Source: Azolla caroliniana
Lineage: Eukaryota > Plantae > Polypodiophyta
Direction of reading: 5' to 3'
Assembly (NCBI GenBank): GCA_043228905.1
Contig: JBHGNT010000016.1
Span: 3,596,001 to 3,660,000, forward strand
Length of the DNA: 64,000 nucleotides
Shown: positions 25,809 to 37,189 of the stretch, one piece after another
Position numbering within the stretch: position 1 is the first letter of the stretch
Layout: each line of letters begins with the position of its first letter
Program-made: the position numbers and the translations under genes
Notes under the pieces: model-generated
The model's input: only the letters and a program-made list of their open reading frames with translations
Database searches by the model: none
What the model was told of the DNA's origin: nothing

Positions 25809-28800
25809 ATGGAAGGCGGCAGCAGCGGGCAGCCGGGGATGATGGTGCTAAATGCGCAGAACTACGCCGACTGGAAGATAAAGATGGAGGATCTGCTCAT
25901 TGTTCGGGACCTGTATGAACCGATCGACAGGTCGGAAATACCCAAGGGGGTACTTGAGACGGAGTGGAGGCTTCTGAACCGGAAAGCCGTTGCAACCATT
26001 CGGCAATACGTCGACGTGAGCGTTCTACAACACGTGGCGAATGACACCAACGCATATGAGATGTGGAGGAAGCTGTCGGGCCTCTACGAGAGGAAGAATG
26101 CGTTGAACCGGACCTCCCTGATGAGAAAGATAGTGAACCTCAAGTACCGGGACGGCGAGAGTATGGTGGAACACGTAAGCACGTTCATGGGATTCGTGAA
26201 CCAGCTTGCGGCGATCAAGTTCCCGTTGGAGGATGCAATGCAAGCCATCATCCTGATGTGTACATTGCCGGACAGCTGGGAGAACTTGGTGGTGACTCTC
26301 AGCACCTCCTGCACCGAAGATAACTTGTCCCTACAAACGGTAAAGACAAGTATTTTGAACGAAGAAGCGCGTCGGAGAGATAAAGAGCCGGCCTCCGACT
26401 TGAAGGCGCTGCTTACCGAATCGGAACGGGGAAGACAATGGAACCGGAGTCCGCAAAGACGGGAGAAGTCGGGGACCCGGTCGCAGTCAAGAGGAAGACC
26501 CACATGCTTCCACTGTGGGAAGCCGGGGCACTTCCGGAAGAATTGTCGGCATTACCGAAAAGACAACGGAGCCGACGACACCGATTCGAAGAAGTCACCG
26601 GAGCGAAACGGCGCATACCGGGGAGCCACGGACTGGAGAGGTCCGGATCGGCGAGGGCAGGACCGGAAAGGAACGACGGCACTCGCGGCAAGTGAAGAAG
26701 AGATAATGCTCATTACCGAAGAGAGGGAGCTGAACCTTGCCGGTGAAGAGATGACCTGGGTGGTCGATTCCGGAGCGTCGTTCCACCTGACCCCGGAGAA
26801 GAAATACTTCTCCTCCTACACAGCCGGTGAGCACGGCTGTGTCCGGATGGGAAATGAAGGTACATGCCGGATTGCCGGCATAGGAGATGTGTGGCTGATG
26901 ACATCAACCGGATGCAAGATGCTGCTGAAGGATGTCCGACACGTTCCGGAGGTTCGATTGAACCTGATTTCGGCCGGGAGGCTAGACGATGAAGGCTACA
27001 CAGGTAGCATCCGGAACGGTGTCATGAAGTTCAGCAAAGGGAGCCTGATAGTGGCTCGGGCCCGGAAGGTCAACACACTGTACCTGATGAATTCCCGGCT
27101 ATGTCCTGAGGAGCTGAACGTGGCAGCTGACACTGCCGGTGAGCTATGGCACAAGAGACTGTGCCACATGAGCGAGAAGGGGATGAAGAGGCTTGCCGAA
27201 GACAACCTGATACCGGTAAAGCAATTACACTTGGGGAAGTGTACCGACTGTCTGGCCGGTAAGCAAAACCGGACCTCCTTCCACTCAAGGCCACCGACGA
27301 GACGTAGCGCACCATTGGAGTTGGTGCACACTGACGTGTGTCAAGTAGAAACGAAGTCACATGGCGGAGCCCAGTACTTCGTGACATTCATTGATGACCA
27401 CAGCCGGAAGCTGTGGACGGCACCGTTGAAGACAAAGGACCAAGTGTTGTGCGTCTTCAAAGAACTCCACGCGAGAGTGGAAAGAGAATCCGGCAAGAAG
27501 CTGAAAGCGATACGAGCGGATAACGGAGGGGAATACCGGGGGCAGTTCGTGGAGTACTGTCGCTCGAAGGGAATCCGGCTTGAGTTTACTGTGCCGAAGA
27601 CGCCGGAACTGAACGGGCTGGCCGAGAGGATGAACCGGACCATAATGGAGAGGGTCCGGAGTATGCTAGCGCATGCGAAATTACCCAAGGGGTTTTGGGC
27701 TGAGGCGATGTCGACGGCGACATACGTGATAAATAGATCACCCTCAGTACCTTTGGACGGAGACACGCCGCAGAGAGTGTGGACCGGTAGGGAAGTATCC
27801 TACCGGCATCTGAAGGTGTTCGGGTGCCTCGCATATGTGCATGTGGCTAAGGACCGGAGAGGAAAGCTAGATCCAAAGACCCGGCCATGCATATTCCTCG
27901 GTTACGGCGATGACGAGTTCGGCTACCGAGTATGGGACCCGGTCGACAAGAAGATATTCAGGAGTCGTGATATCATCTTCATGGAGGACAAGACACTCGC
28001 CGACTGGGAGTCGGAGAAGAAGATTAAGAGCTTCAAGTCGACCGGTGAGAATCAACTCTACGAAGAGCAGTCCCGACCGGCAAGGGACCGGTTAGCACTC
28101 GAGGATCCGGCCGAAGACGGTGAAGAAACAGAACCGGCCTCGGAAGATGAAACTGATACCGGAACCGGCCTCGATCCCGAAATGGATTCGGATGAAGAGG
28201 AAACGGAGGAGCCGGTTACCGAAGCTCCGGAACGGAGATATCCTCTAAGAGAGAGAAGGGCCCCCCGGAGATTTCCGGAACCAGAGCACGTGCTGCTAAC
28301 CGACGAAGGGGAGCCGGAGAGCTTTGAAGAAGCAAAGCATGACACCCAGAGCCGCAGGTGGTTGAGTGCCATGCAGGACGAGATGGATTCCCTGCATGAG
28401 AACCACACATATGAACTTGTGGAGTTGCCGAAAGGAAAGCGGGCACTTCGAAACAAGTGGGTGTTCAAGCTGAAACCGGGAGATGCCGAAAACCCCCCGA
28501 GATACAAAGCCAGGATCGTGGTGAAGGGGTTTCAGCAGAAGAAGGGCGTCGACTTCGACGAGATATTTGCCCCGGTAGTGAAGATGACCTCCATCCGGAC
28601 GGTGCTGAGCATAGCGGCAAGCATGGACCTCGAGGTAGAACAGATGGACGTGAAGACGGCATTCCTTCACGGTGACCTCGAAGAAGAGATCTACATGCAG
28701 CAACCGGAAGGATTCGAGAAGAAAGGGAAGGAGCACCTGGTATGCCGGTTGAAGAAGAGCCTTTACGGACTGAAGCAGGCTCCCTGGCAATGGTACCGGA

Positions 28801-29882
28801 AGTTCGACTCCTTCATGACCGACGAAGGGTACCACAAAACGCAGTCTGATCACTGCGTGTTTGTGAAGAAGTTCGAAGGAGGAGACTCTCTAATACTCCT
28901 CCTGTACGTGGACGACATGTTGATCGTCGGACGGGACCAGGTCAAGATACGGGTGCTGAAGAAGGCTCTTCACCGAACCTTCTCAATGAAGGACTTGGGT
29001 CCGGCGAGGCAAATATTAGGGATGCACATCATCCGGGACCGGAAGAAGAAGCAGTTGTGGCTGTCACAGGAGAAGTACGTGACAAAGGTGCTTCAACGGT
29101 TCAACATGTCGGAAGCAAGACCGGTCGGGTCAACCCTCCCGACAAACTGCAAGTTGTCCAACAAGCAAAGCCCCAAGACAAAGGCTGAGAAGGAGGACAT
29201 GATGAAAGTGCCATACGCCTCTGCCGTCGGAAGCTTGATGTACGCAATGGTGTGTACAAGACCGGACATTGGATATGCAGTTGGAGTGGTGAGCCGGTAC
29301 ATGACCAATCCCGGCAAAGAGCATTGGAACGCGGCCAAATGGATACTCCGATACCTGAAGGGCACGGCAAACGTGTGCCTCCGATTCGGCTCCGGTAAGC
29401 CCGAACTCGACGGCTTTACCGATTCGGATATGTCGGCTGATGCAAATACCAGCCGGTCCACATCAGGGTATGTGATGACGTATGCAGGGGGAGCTGTTTC
29501 GTGGCAGTCGAGGCTGCAGAAGACGGTTGCGCTGTCAACCACGGAGGCGGAGTACATGGCGGCTGTTGAAGCCGGCAAGGAAATAATATGGATGAAGGAC
29601 TTCATTAGAGAGCTCGGTATCCGGCAGGAGGAGTACCGACTCTACTGCGACAGTCAGAGTGCCATCCACCTTGCGAAGAACGCGGCTTATCACTCCCGGA
29701 CGAAGCACATCCAGCGAAGATATCACTGGATCCGGGAAAGGATAGAAGACAAGGAGTTCGTGCTGACGAAGGTCCACACGGACGAGAACGGGTCGGATAT
29801 GCTGACCAAGGTGCTCACACCCGACAAGCTGGAAGCATGCCGGAAGAGGATCGGACTGGAGAGACATCCCATGCCGAAGTGA
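25809..29882 (+). CDS. Copia Gag-Pol polyprotein (1357 aa from ATG 25809)
   Basis: CFHCGKPGHFRKNC zinc knuckle, WVVDSGAS protease, LWHKRLCH..CTDC plus DDE integrase, QMDVKTAFLHG/YVDD reverse transcriptase, DSD..TEAEY..DSQSA RNase H. Confidence 0.97.
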   Translation: MEGGSSGQPGMMVLNAQNYADWKIKMEDLLIVRDLYEPIDRSEIPKGVLETEWRLLNRKAVATIRQYVDVSVLQHVANDTNAYEMWRKLSGLYERKNALNRTSLMRKIVNLKYRDGESMVEHVSTFMGFVNQLAAIKFPLEDAMQAIILMCTLPDSWENLVVTLSTSCTEDNLSLQTVKTSILNEEARRRDKEPASDLKALLTESERGRQWNRSPQRREKSGTRSQSRGRPTCFHCGKPGHFRKNCRHYRKDNGADDTDSKKSPERNGAYRGATDWRGPDRRGQDRKGTTALAASEEEIMLITEERELNLAGEEMTWVVDSGASFHLTPEKKYFSSYTAGEHGCVRMGNEGTCRIAGIGDVWLMTSTGCKMLLKDVRHVPEVRLNLISAGRLDDEGYTGSIRNGVMKFSKGSLIVARARKVNTLYLMNSRLCPEELNVAADTAGELWHKRLCHMSEKGMKRLAEDNLIPVKQLHLGKCTDCLAGKQNRTSFHSRPPTRRSAPLELVHTDVCQVETKSHGGAQYFVTFIDDHSRKLWTAPLKTKDQVLCVFKELHARVERESGKKLKAIRADNGGEYRGQFVEYCRSKGIRLEFTVPKTPELNGLAERMNRTIMERVRSMLAHAKLPKGFWAEAMSTATYVINRSPSVPLDGDTPQRVWTGREVSYRHLKVFGCLAYVHVAKDRRGKLDPKTRPCIFLGYGDDEFGYRVWDPVDKKIFRSRDIIFMEDKTLADWESEKKIKSFKSTGENQLYEEQSRPARDRLALEDPAEDGEETEPASEDETDTGTGLDPEMDSDEEETEEPVTEAPERRYPLRERRAPRRFPEPEHVLLTDEGEPESFEEAKHDTQSRRWLSAMQDEMDSLHENHTYELVELPKGKRALRNKWVFKLKPGDAENPPRYKARIVVKGFQQKKGVDFDEIFAPVVKMTSIRTVLSIAASMDLEVEQMDVKTAFLHGDLEEEIYMQQPEGFEKKGKEHLVCRLKKSLYGLKQAPWQWYRKFDSFMTDEGYHKTQSDHCVFVKKFEGGDSLILLLYVDDMLIVGRDQVKIRVLKKALHRTFSMKDLGPARQILGMHIIRDRKKKQLWLSQEKYVTKVLQRFNMSEARPVGSTLPTNCKLSNKQSPKTKAEKEDMMKVPYASAVGSLMYAMVCTRPDIGYAVGVVSRYMTNPGKEHWNAAKWILRYLKGTANVCLRFGSGKPELDGFTDSDMSADANTSRSTSGYVMTYAGGAVSWQSRLQKTVALSTTEAEYMAAVEAGKEIIWMKDFIRELGIRQEEYRLYCDSQSAIHLAKNAAYHSRTKHIQRRYHWIRERIEDKEFVLTKVHTDENGSDMLTKVLTPDKLEACRKRIGLERHPMPK

Positions 29883-29892
29883 AGGGGGAGTT

Positions 29893-30470
29893 TGTTGGGA
29901 TTTCGGTCCCTCCGGATGGGATGTCCGGAGATGAATGACGGCAAGCCCGGTTGCGGTTACGGAGCCGGATGATGAAGACCCCGGTTACGGAGCCGGATGA
30001 CGAATGTACCCGGAGAGAGATCCGGATGCGGAGACATATTTGTGAATATGTTTGCCAAGAGCCCTTGAGGCTATATTTGTAAATAGCCCGAAAGTCATAT
30101 GTGTATAAATATGACTTAGGGCAAACAGTTAAGTCTGTTGTTGCTCATTTTTCTGTTTTCTACTAAGAGGGAGCGAAGTGAGAGCAGCCGAGAGAGAGAG
30201 AGACGAAGAGGTCGTTGCCTCTGTGTATTACCACCGCCTGTGGTGAAGATAGTGAGCTCAAGGTTGTTGCCCTGTAGCTTCACCAGTGTACATCTCTGTT
30301 TTAGTGATAGTTGGAGTTTGAGGACTCCCGTGGTTTTTTCCCATTTAGGGTTTTCCACGTAAAACATCCAGTGTACTCTTCTCTCTTTTGTTTTTCGTGC
30401 ATTGTTGTATTTCCCGTTTTCTGTGAATCGATCCTGTTCCTCGGTTGTGGCCGAGCACGGAATTTCGACA
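29893..30470 (+). repeat. 3' LTR of inner Copia
   Basis: Identical by eye to 25200-25777; the ORF-track peptides in the two LTRs are identical at offset 4693. Confidence 0.97.
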
Positions 30471-32817
30471 TCCGTGTCGTACTCTGACATCTTCTTCTTC
30501 CCTTTTTCCTTGCGCGTAAACCGTCTCCTCGGTTTCCTGCGCGGGGAATGCACGGTTGAGTCTCCACTACTCGTTGGCTCTTCTTCGGACTGGTCAAACC
30601 GACCCAGCCACTCATTCGGTCCACTTAGCCAAAATGAAATCGAACTCTCTCAGAGCTCCGATGTTCTCATCATGCAGAGGCATCTCAGCCTAGCTGACTT
30701 CGTCTTCAGAAATCAGAATGGAGTCATGAGGTTTTGGAGGAGAAGGCAAGTACCACGAAGCGGACTCGTCAAATACGACATTGTGGCTTACACGTACTTC
30801 CTTCGTTTGGGGGTTATAGCACTTATACCGCTTCTGCTCGTCTGGATAGCCGACTAAGATGCACTTTTCGGCTTTGGCGTCCAACTTCCTCCTGTTTTCC
30901 TTTGGCACATGCACATATGCAACGCTACCGAAAATCCTCAAGTGTGCCAAGTTCGGCTTCTTCCCGAAATACAGCTCATGTGGCAACACTCCTCCATTAG
31001 CAGAAGTTCGATTCTGCATGTAGACAGCCATCCTCGCGGCTTCAGCCCCAATAGAATTTCGGCATATGATTCTCTTGAAGCATTGCTGTGGCTACTTCTT
31101 CAATCATCTGATTCTTCCTTTTGGCTACGCAGTTCTGCTCCGGCGTATATATACACGAGAATTCACGCCGAATTCCCTCCTTCTGTAGATAACTCCTTCC
31201 CGCCATTGGACCGTAGCCATTTGATCTTACGCCCTATTTCCCTTTCCGCAAGGCTCTTCACCTTCAGGAAACATGCGAAGACTTCACTCTTCTTCGTGAT
31301 CGTGCATACCCATGTGTGCCGAGTGAAGTCGTTGATGAAGGTTACAAAGTAACGGCTTCTGCCAAGACTCACGTTCTGTGCCGGTCCCCACACATCCGAA
31401 TGGATCAAGTCCGGCGGACTTCGACTACGATTACGCTCATTGGGGAATGGAAGTCGGTGTTGTTTTCCCATCTGACAGGCTTCACAGACTTGGCCATTAC
31501 GGCCCCGAAATTTCGGCAAGCCGAAAACAATGTTCTTCGTCTGCATCTCACGAAGCCGTGGGAAATTTACATGGCCGAACCGCTTGTGCCACAGGTCGAT
31601 ATCCGATTCGACCTTTTGTCCTTTCGCGTACAACACAGTGCCCACATTATTGGTTTCGAGGATAAACATCCTACCTTCACGACACCCTTGCACGATCACT
31701 TTGCCTTCCTCTTCTATGAAGCAACCGAGGTGTGTGAATCAAACTTGCATACCTTGGTCGACGATCTGACCGACCGACACCGGGTTCTTGGTTATTGTCG
31801 GGATGTGCAACACGTTCATTAGCTTCCCTTTCTGCCTGACATGGCAAAGGGGAACTTTGCCGACATGTTCGATGGTATGAGGAGTGTCGTCTCCCGTTTC
31901 GACCACTCCTTTCTTATCCAACTTCTCCAAGTACAAGAACCATTCCTCGTGACTCGTCATATGATTTGATGCTCCGGAATCGACATACCACACCTCACTC
32001 GATTTCAAGGTGTTCACGACCATTGAGTTGGCCTTATGCTTCATTACGAAGGCAGGGCCCGCTCCATTCCCGGCTCTTTCTGAGCCTTCCGCGTAGTGAG
32101 ACTTTTGACGCCTCTTCGCGTCTCTTCCACTTGATCCGGCTTTGTCCGAATCAGCCTTCTTTTTCCATCACTCGCTCTCCCTGTGACCTCTCTTGCCACA
32201 GTACAACAATCCGACGTGGCCTTCTCTTGCCGTCTTCCGGCGCCGCCATGACTCCCCCTGCTTCCGGCATTTCAATTATGTCGTCCATTCTTCTCTTTTC
32301 GGCCGCCTCCATTGTGCGCCGATTCGCCTCATTCACCACGACAACGGGGCCTATCATCCTCCGTGTAGAGCATCTTGCCATCGGCATGTGCACTCGTTGA
32401 TGCACCCACGTGGTTTTCTTCTACGAGCAACATTGGCTGAAGCTCGAAAAACGAAGGCTTATTCTCCCTCGTGCAGACCACCGTTCAGAAAGCTCTGAAC
32501 TTAGATGCTAAACCGCCAAGACAAACCTGCACCATCTCGTCCTCCTCGACGTTCATGTTGACAGAGGCGAGTGAGTCGCAGATTTCTTTGATCTTGGTGG
32601 TGTAGTTAGCCACCGGCATATCTCGTTGTCGTACATTGCTCAACATTTGCCTGAGTTGAAGCTTCCTGGGTGTAGTGCTTGCGGCGAAGACCTTTTTTAG
32701 GTTTCCCCAAGCTTCTTTGGGCGTCTTGGAGTCTCGGATATGGCTCAGCATCTGGTCTCCGACACTGGACGCAAAGCAGTACATCACTCTACTTGCGCTT
32801 GTTATTCCTCTGTCCAT
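30471..32817 (-). pseudogene. Outer Copia gag-protease-integrase, disrupted
   Basis: KTPKEAWGNLKKVF (gag), WYVDSGASNHMT (protease), LWHKRFGHVN..CEACQMGKQHR and LIHSDVWGP (integrase), KLDAKAEKCILVGY; multiple frameshifts and stops. Confidence 0.92.
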
Positions 32818-32924
32818 ATCTGTTGTCTTTTCCTTTTCCGAAAAATGAAGAACAACTTCAACTCTGTTTGTCACAAGTTTTTCCTGTCGGCTATAGAGGA
32901 CTTCAACCACCCTTGCGCTCTGAT

Positions 32925-33345
32925 AGAATATGTTGTGCGGAAGCATGTGTGTAAAACGCAGAGTACAGAGTTCGGAAGAATGAGACAATTCAGTAAACAC
33001 AGAAAACACATAGATGGAGATGGAGAGACAGAGACAGAAACAGAGAGACACTATATATCAAATTCACAATAATTCTCTATTCTGTACATACTTCGTGCTC
33101 AGTGAGCACCTTATATACAAGCCCTGACAATCGGGCTGACACAAGTACTTACAGTACTTGACCGCTCATAAATGAGCCGACAACACAAACTCCCAAAATT
33201 ATTCCTTTACGAGGAATAACACTCTAACGGCCTTTTCGGTTTTCACACCGATGCAGCCTTGTTGTGCGTACTTTTTCACGCACCCAGTCTACGCACTAGG
33301 TTATGTTGCATACTTCTCACCGAATGTTGAGCTTGTCTCTCAACA
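32925..33345 (-). repeat. 5' LTR of outer Copia (inner end clipped by a short deletion)
   Basis: Matches 22484-22910; followed on the minus strand by the PBS remnant ATCAGAGC. Confidence 0.9.
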
Positions 33346-33775
33346 CCAACATATATTTCCCCACTTGATTGAGCCTTGCACCTGGCATAATTGCAACAAG
33401 TGGCCAACTCCCCAACATATTCAATGGGACGTTGGGCAGTCCCATAGAGCGTGTTGTATTAATTCTACTGCATGTGGGCACTCTACATAATTAGGAGAGC
33501 TAAGGTTCCCACATTGCCATGCTCCCACCGCTAGGGACTTATGTATTAATAGCCATTGGAATGTGGTAATTCGCCTCGCGTGTTGTTGTTTCCAAATTTT
33601 CTGCCAAAACTTGGTGATTATTGTGGGAGGAACTTGAATGTCAGACCTTCGCAGCAATCGGCTCTCGGGCGGTTTGAGCAAATAGAATGTGGCAACCCAA
33701 CCTAGTTGTGAATTGGAAGAAAGGAATGGGTTTGCTTCCTTGCCCCATGTAGGGATCACGCCATGAGATGTGGAA
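33346..33775 (-). mobile_element. L1-like LINE zf-RVT region, right half of the LINE split by Copia
   Basis: FWQKIWKQQHARRITTFQWLLIHKSL...HALWDC; the frame continues into 22477 once the Copia and one CCAAC are removed. Confidence 0.8.
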
Positions 33776-33789
33776 TGCTTTGATCAATA

Positions 33790-36180
33790 ATTATTGTAAT
33801 TAGTGGGATGCTCTATGTGTAATGGAGCATAAAGAATATAAAATTGTTGGTATAGTTATTTCATCTAGGGGCTACACACAATCTTTTATTTGTAGATTTC
33901 AAGATGATATTCAAGGATTGTTATGTTTTCTAGGGATCAATATCACTTTAAAGATGATCTTGATTGGTGTATAGTGATACATACACAAATTTTGTAAGGA
34001 GAACAAAATTTATAGTTAGTTGGCATAAATACATAGAATCTATCACAAGGACAAATATTATTAAGGCAATCACTTCTTTTTGTGCTACGAAATGACAACC
34101 ATAGTTATTGATGGGGGATTTTAATCAATTTTGTGAGGAAGAACAATGTACGTCATTCAATTCAATTATGGATGGGTTGGAGTCTTAAGTTTGGGGAAAA
34201 TTAGGAAAATAAGTTTTACAAACAAATGTATGGAAATGGATTCAAAGATATCAGCATGGTTATACTTTGAGCCAACTTAGAATAAGTCTACTTGGAGTAT
34301 GGTAGATTGGAGGTATATAATGCATGATGATGGGTTTGTGCCAAAGTTTGGATATTTCAATTTCTTTTGTTCTAGCTCTTTTCAATCATTTTCCATCAAC
34401 ATTTGAGTTTATTCACCACCTTAAGTATCATTTCCATCATTTGTTAAGTAAACCACCTCTTAGATTTAATTCATCCTTTTGGGATCATGATATTTTTCGT
34501 GGATATTTACAATAGTTCATTGTATTTGTTTTTTTTCCAAAAAAGAACACTACTTCGCATTAGTTAGCAAACATAATACAACAAAGTTAAACTAAAATCC
34601 ACAATGGGATCAGTATACACAACACGGAGGAACAACTCCAAAACCAACAAAACTCACGCGGCCCTTATCCTCACAAATTTGAAATAAACCCCAATTTACA
34701 CCATCTCTACTTATCCAAGTGTTCTTTGTTATAACAATGTTATTTGGGTAACACGACAATGATAAACCACTTGCGCTCCAACTATACATCCCATATACAA
34801 TATTGGGAGTTGTCGGTGAAAACAACCACCTAGGCGCCTGGTAGTTCCACTTAGGCCTTGTTGAAGATTTGACCATCATGGGAGAATCACCCCATTTCAG
34901 CAAGAACTTTGACCTTGCCCTTTCTACTTCATCCGATTCCCCTAATCGAGTCATGTTGTCCATGTAGCTAGGCCACTAGCTCAAACCAGATATTTAGCAT
35001 CACTTCACCGCATGAGAGCCTTTGTCGCTAAAAAACAAACTTACAAAGCCTGGTCCAAATGTGAAAGACCGATAAGCACACCACCATAACCCAAATCTCC
35101 TCAAAAAATTCAGAATTTGTGCCAAGTCTCACCCCATCACATAGGAATACACTACCACCCTGCATTATAAATCCATGTCCTTGTGGGTTTAACTATTTCG
35201 CCCAACTTTCCCATTCACACTGCAAAGTTGCCATTATTCTAAGGCTTCTATTCCAAATGCTAATCACCTCTGTATAATTCCAGAAACAATGAGAGATTGA
35301 TTCCAAAGCATGTCCACATAACTTACAACCAGCCTCACCACCATGGGAAAGTTCATTGTATTACATGCTCATGTTGATTTAAAGCATGGGATGCATTTGT
35401 TGCAAAATGTCAAGAAATAAAAGAGGTGCAAACATTTTGCAATGCTTCTATGAGTGAACGAAGATTGAAGGTTAGAAATAGTTTGTTGGATTGATGTAAT
35501 AAAGGATTGACTTATTTCGCTAAGAGACAAAGACTTGTTCAAACATCAAAAGATACAATCCATTTTGTGCATGATATAAGAGTTGAGAATCATGAACAAG
35601 CTAGTATATGTAAATTTTTCTATGTTCTTTAGGAGTCAAATGCAAAGTAAAATGTGGCCAAATGTGTAGATTATATCTATATAATTTTTTGTTGTAAAAA
35701 CGTGTGTTAATGTGGATGTTAGATATGCTCTGGGTATGCTTTTGACAAGAGTAACAAATCATGTATCACTAGAGGTTGCAAATGTGCTTGATATAGATCT
35801 TTCAAAGGATGAAGTGGAAAAAGTGATTCATGATTTCTAATCTTGCTAATGACAAATGTCATGGGTTGATAATTGACGTTTATATGTAATATATCTGTAG
35901 TCAAAAGGTTCACTTGTGTTTTTGTTTCAAAATGTTTGGTCATCACAATATACAAATCAGTCTTCAGAGGTTTAATAAAGCTTTTGCAAAAGATGTTGTC
36001 TCCAATGTCTTCTATCCGATGGAGGCATATCCCTTTGAGAGGGGGTATTTAAATATCTGCAAAAATAATTGCAAATAGACTTCATAATGTCTTCCCCTCT
36101 ATTATTCATAGTGCTCAATATTGTTTCTTAATAAGAGGAGATATATTGCATTTTATTTTGAATGTGTAGATGGCAATTGA
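33790..36180 (+). mobile_element. Old decayed LINE ORF2 remnant (endonuclease to start of RT), interrupted by an opposite-strand LINE piece
   Basis: GDFN-like APE motif at ~34112-34126; AKIIANRLHNVFPSIIHSAQY (L1 RT pre-domain) at ~36059-36120. Confidence 0.55.
34525..35350 (-). mobile_element. L1-like LINE 3' fragment
   Basis: GESDEVERARSKFLLKWGDSPM...KWNYQAPRWL parallels GPSDASEEARARFLLK at ~46590; A tail at ~34530 (minus). Confidence 0.72.
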
Positions 36181-37087
36181 TTAAACAATATGATGTATTG
36201 CTCCATGACTTCGTAGTCAGATCTACAGTCGTGCATTGGCTTGTTCTTTCACTATTTAAATATAGGTGATAGTGGCAACATGACTTCAAGGGCAACAACT
36301 TGCTTTCTCATTGCAATAGTTTCCTTAGTCACATAGGAATATGATGGCACTCTATAGTAAAAACTCTCTGGGTGAAAATAGCACACATGTATAATACTTA
36401 ATTTAGCATGATACTTAATTTATCATGCTCATCTAACAAGTCATCATATTTCAATCAAATTACCCATATATGTTGAACATGAAAGAAATCAATGATGTTA
36501 ATCCCCCACTAGGTGTTCAATGCAAGGCTCTCTATAAGACAAGGCTCATGGGGGTAGTAAGATGTGGTTGGATATGTCTAGCATTTTTACCTTGTATTGG
36601 GGCCAACATTGAGGGCTAACACTTCCAATGTAATATTATTCAAATTTTTGACATTTTAACTTCATTTTTCGTGCCTCTAATAATTGATAATGATGATCAA
36701 ACACCTCATATCGTCACATGCGAGAGGGATATAGAGTTTTCATTGTCATCATCCAAGGACATTATAACATATATAAGCCCAAACTTATAACATTTTCACA
36801 CAATGCAAGTGAAAGTGAATAATGACTTTCAATGTTTTAAAACTTTACTAATAAAATGTATAACCTTATAGACCAATTCTATAACTATAGAATTGGTTTG
36901 TAATGTTATTCTGCATATAACACCTATGCGCACTATCAATTAATCTCATTTGCATATGCCCCAAAGTCCCATCTCACATCTAAGCGAGTGCGAACAAAGT
37001 CATATAGAAACAATGGGATGGGCTCTAACATGTGGGTGTGTGTGTTTGAGAGAGAGAGAGAGAGATTCTATTATCGTCTTCAGAGGT

Positions 37088-37185
37088 CAAATATGACCTA
37101 TGACCTATGAGTGAGAGAGAGAGAGAGTACATTGTGAGTCTCTCTCTCACACACAATGTACTCTCTCTCTCATAGGTCATATTTG
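37088..37185. repeat. Foldback inverted repeat built around GA/TC microsatellite arms
   Basis: CAAATATGACCTATGA...GAGAGAGAGTACATTGTG pairs with CACAATGTACTCTCTCTCTCATAGGTCATATTTG. Confidence 0.8.
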
Positions 37186-37189
37186 GGAG

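Larger units (their letters stand above)
25200..30470 (+). mobile_element. Young intact Ty1/Copia LTR retrotransposon (Tnt1/Tork-like), nested in the outer Copia
   Basis: 578-bp TG...CA LTRs at 25200-25777 and 29893-30470 with no differences seen; PBS TGGTATCAGAGC at 25781-25792 (tRNA-iMet); PPT GAAGGGGGAG at 29881-29890; single uninterrupted ORF. Confidence 0.98.
22478..33345 (-). mobile_element. Old Ty1/Copia LTR retrotransposon (outer element), decayed
   Basis: Direct LTRs 22478-22910 and ~32925-33345 (about 34 substitutions plus an indel, by eye), TSD CCAAC (22473-22477 and 33346-33350), PPT at 22911-22922, damaged iMet PBS at ~32917-32925, gag-PR-INT-RT-RH order on the minus strand. Confidence 0.93.

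Noticed and set aside
26025-29944. Many 60-185 aa antisense and alternate-frame ORFs over the Copia pol (likewise over the Gypsy at 48000-52900)
   Set aside because: Expected shadow ORFs of GC-rich coding DNA, with no recognisable domains.
25200-30470. GC-rich block as bacterial contamination or horizontal transfer
   Set aside because: Fully explained as a plant Copia element nested in another plant retroelement.
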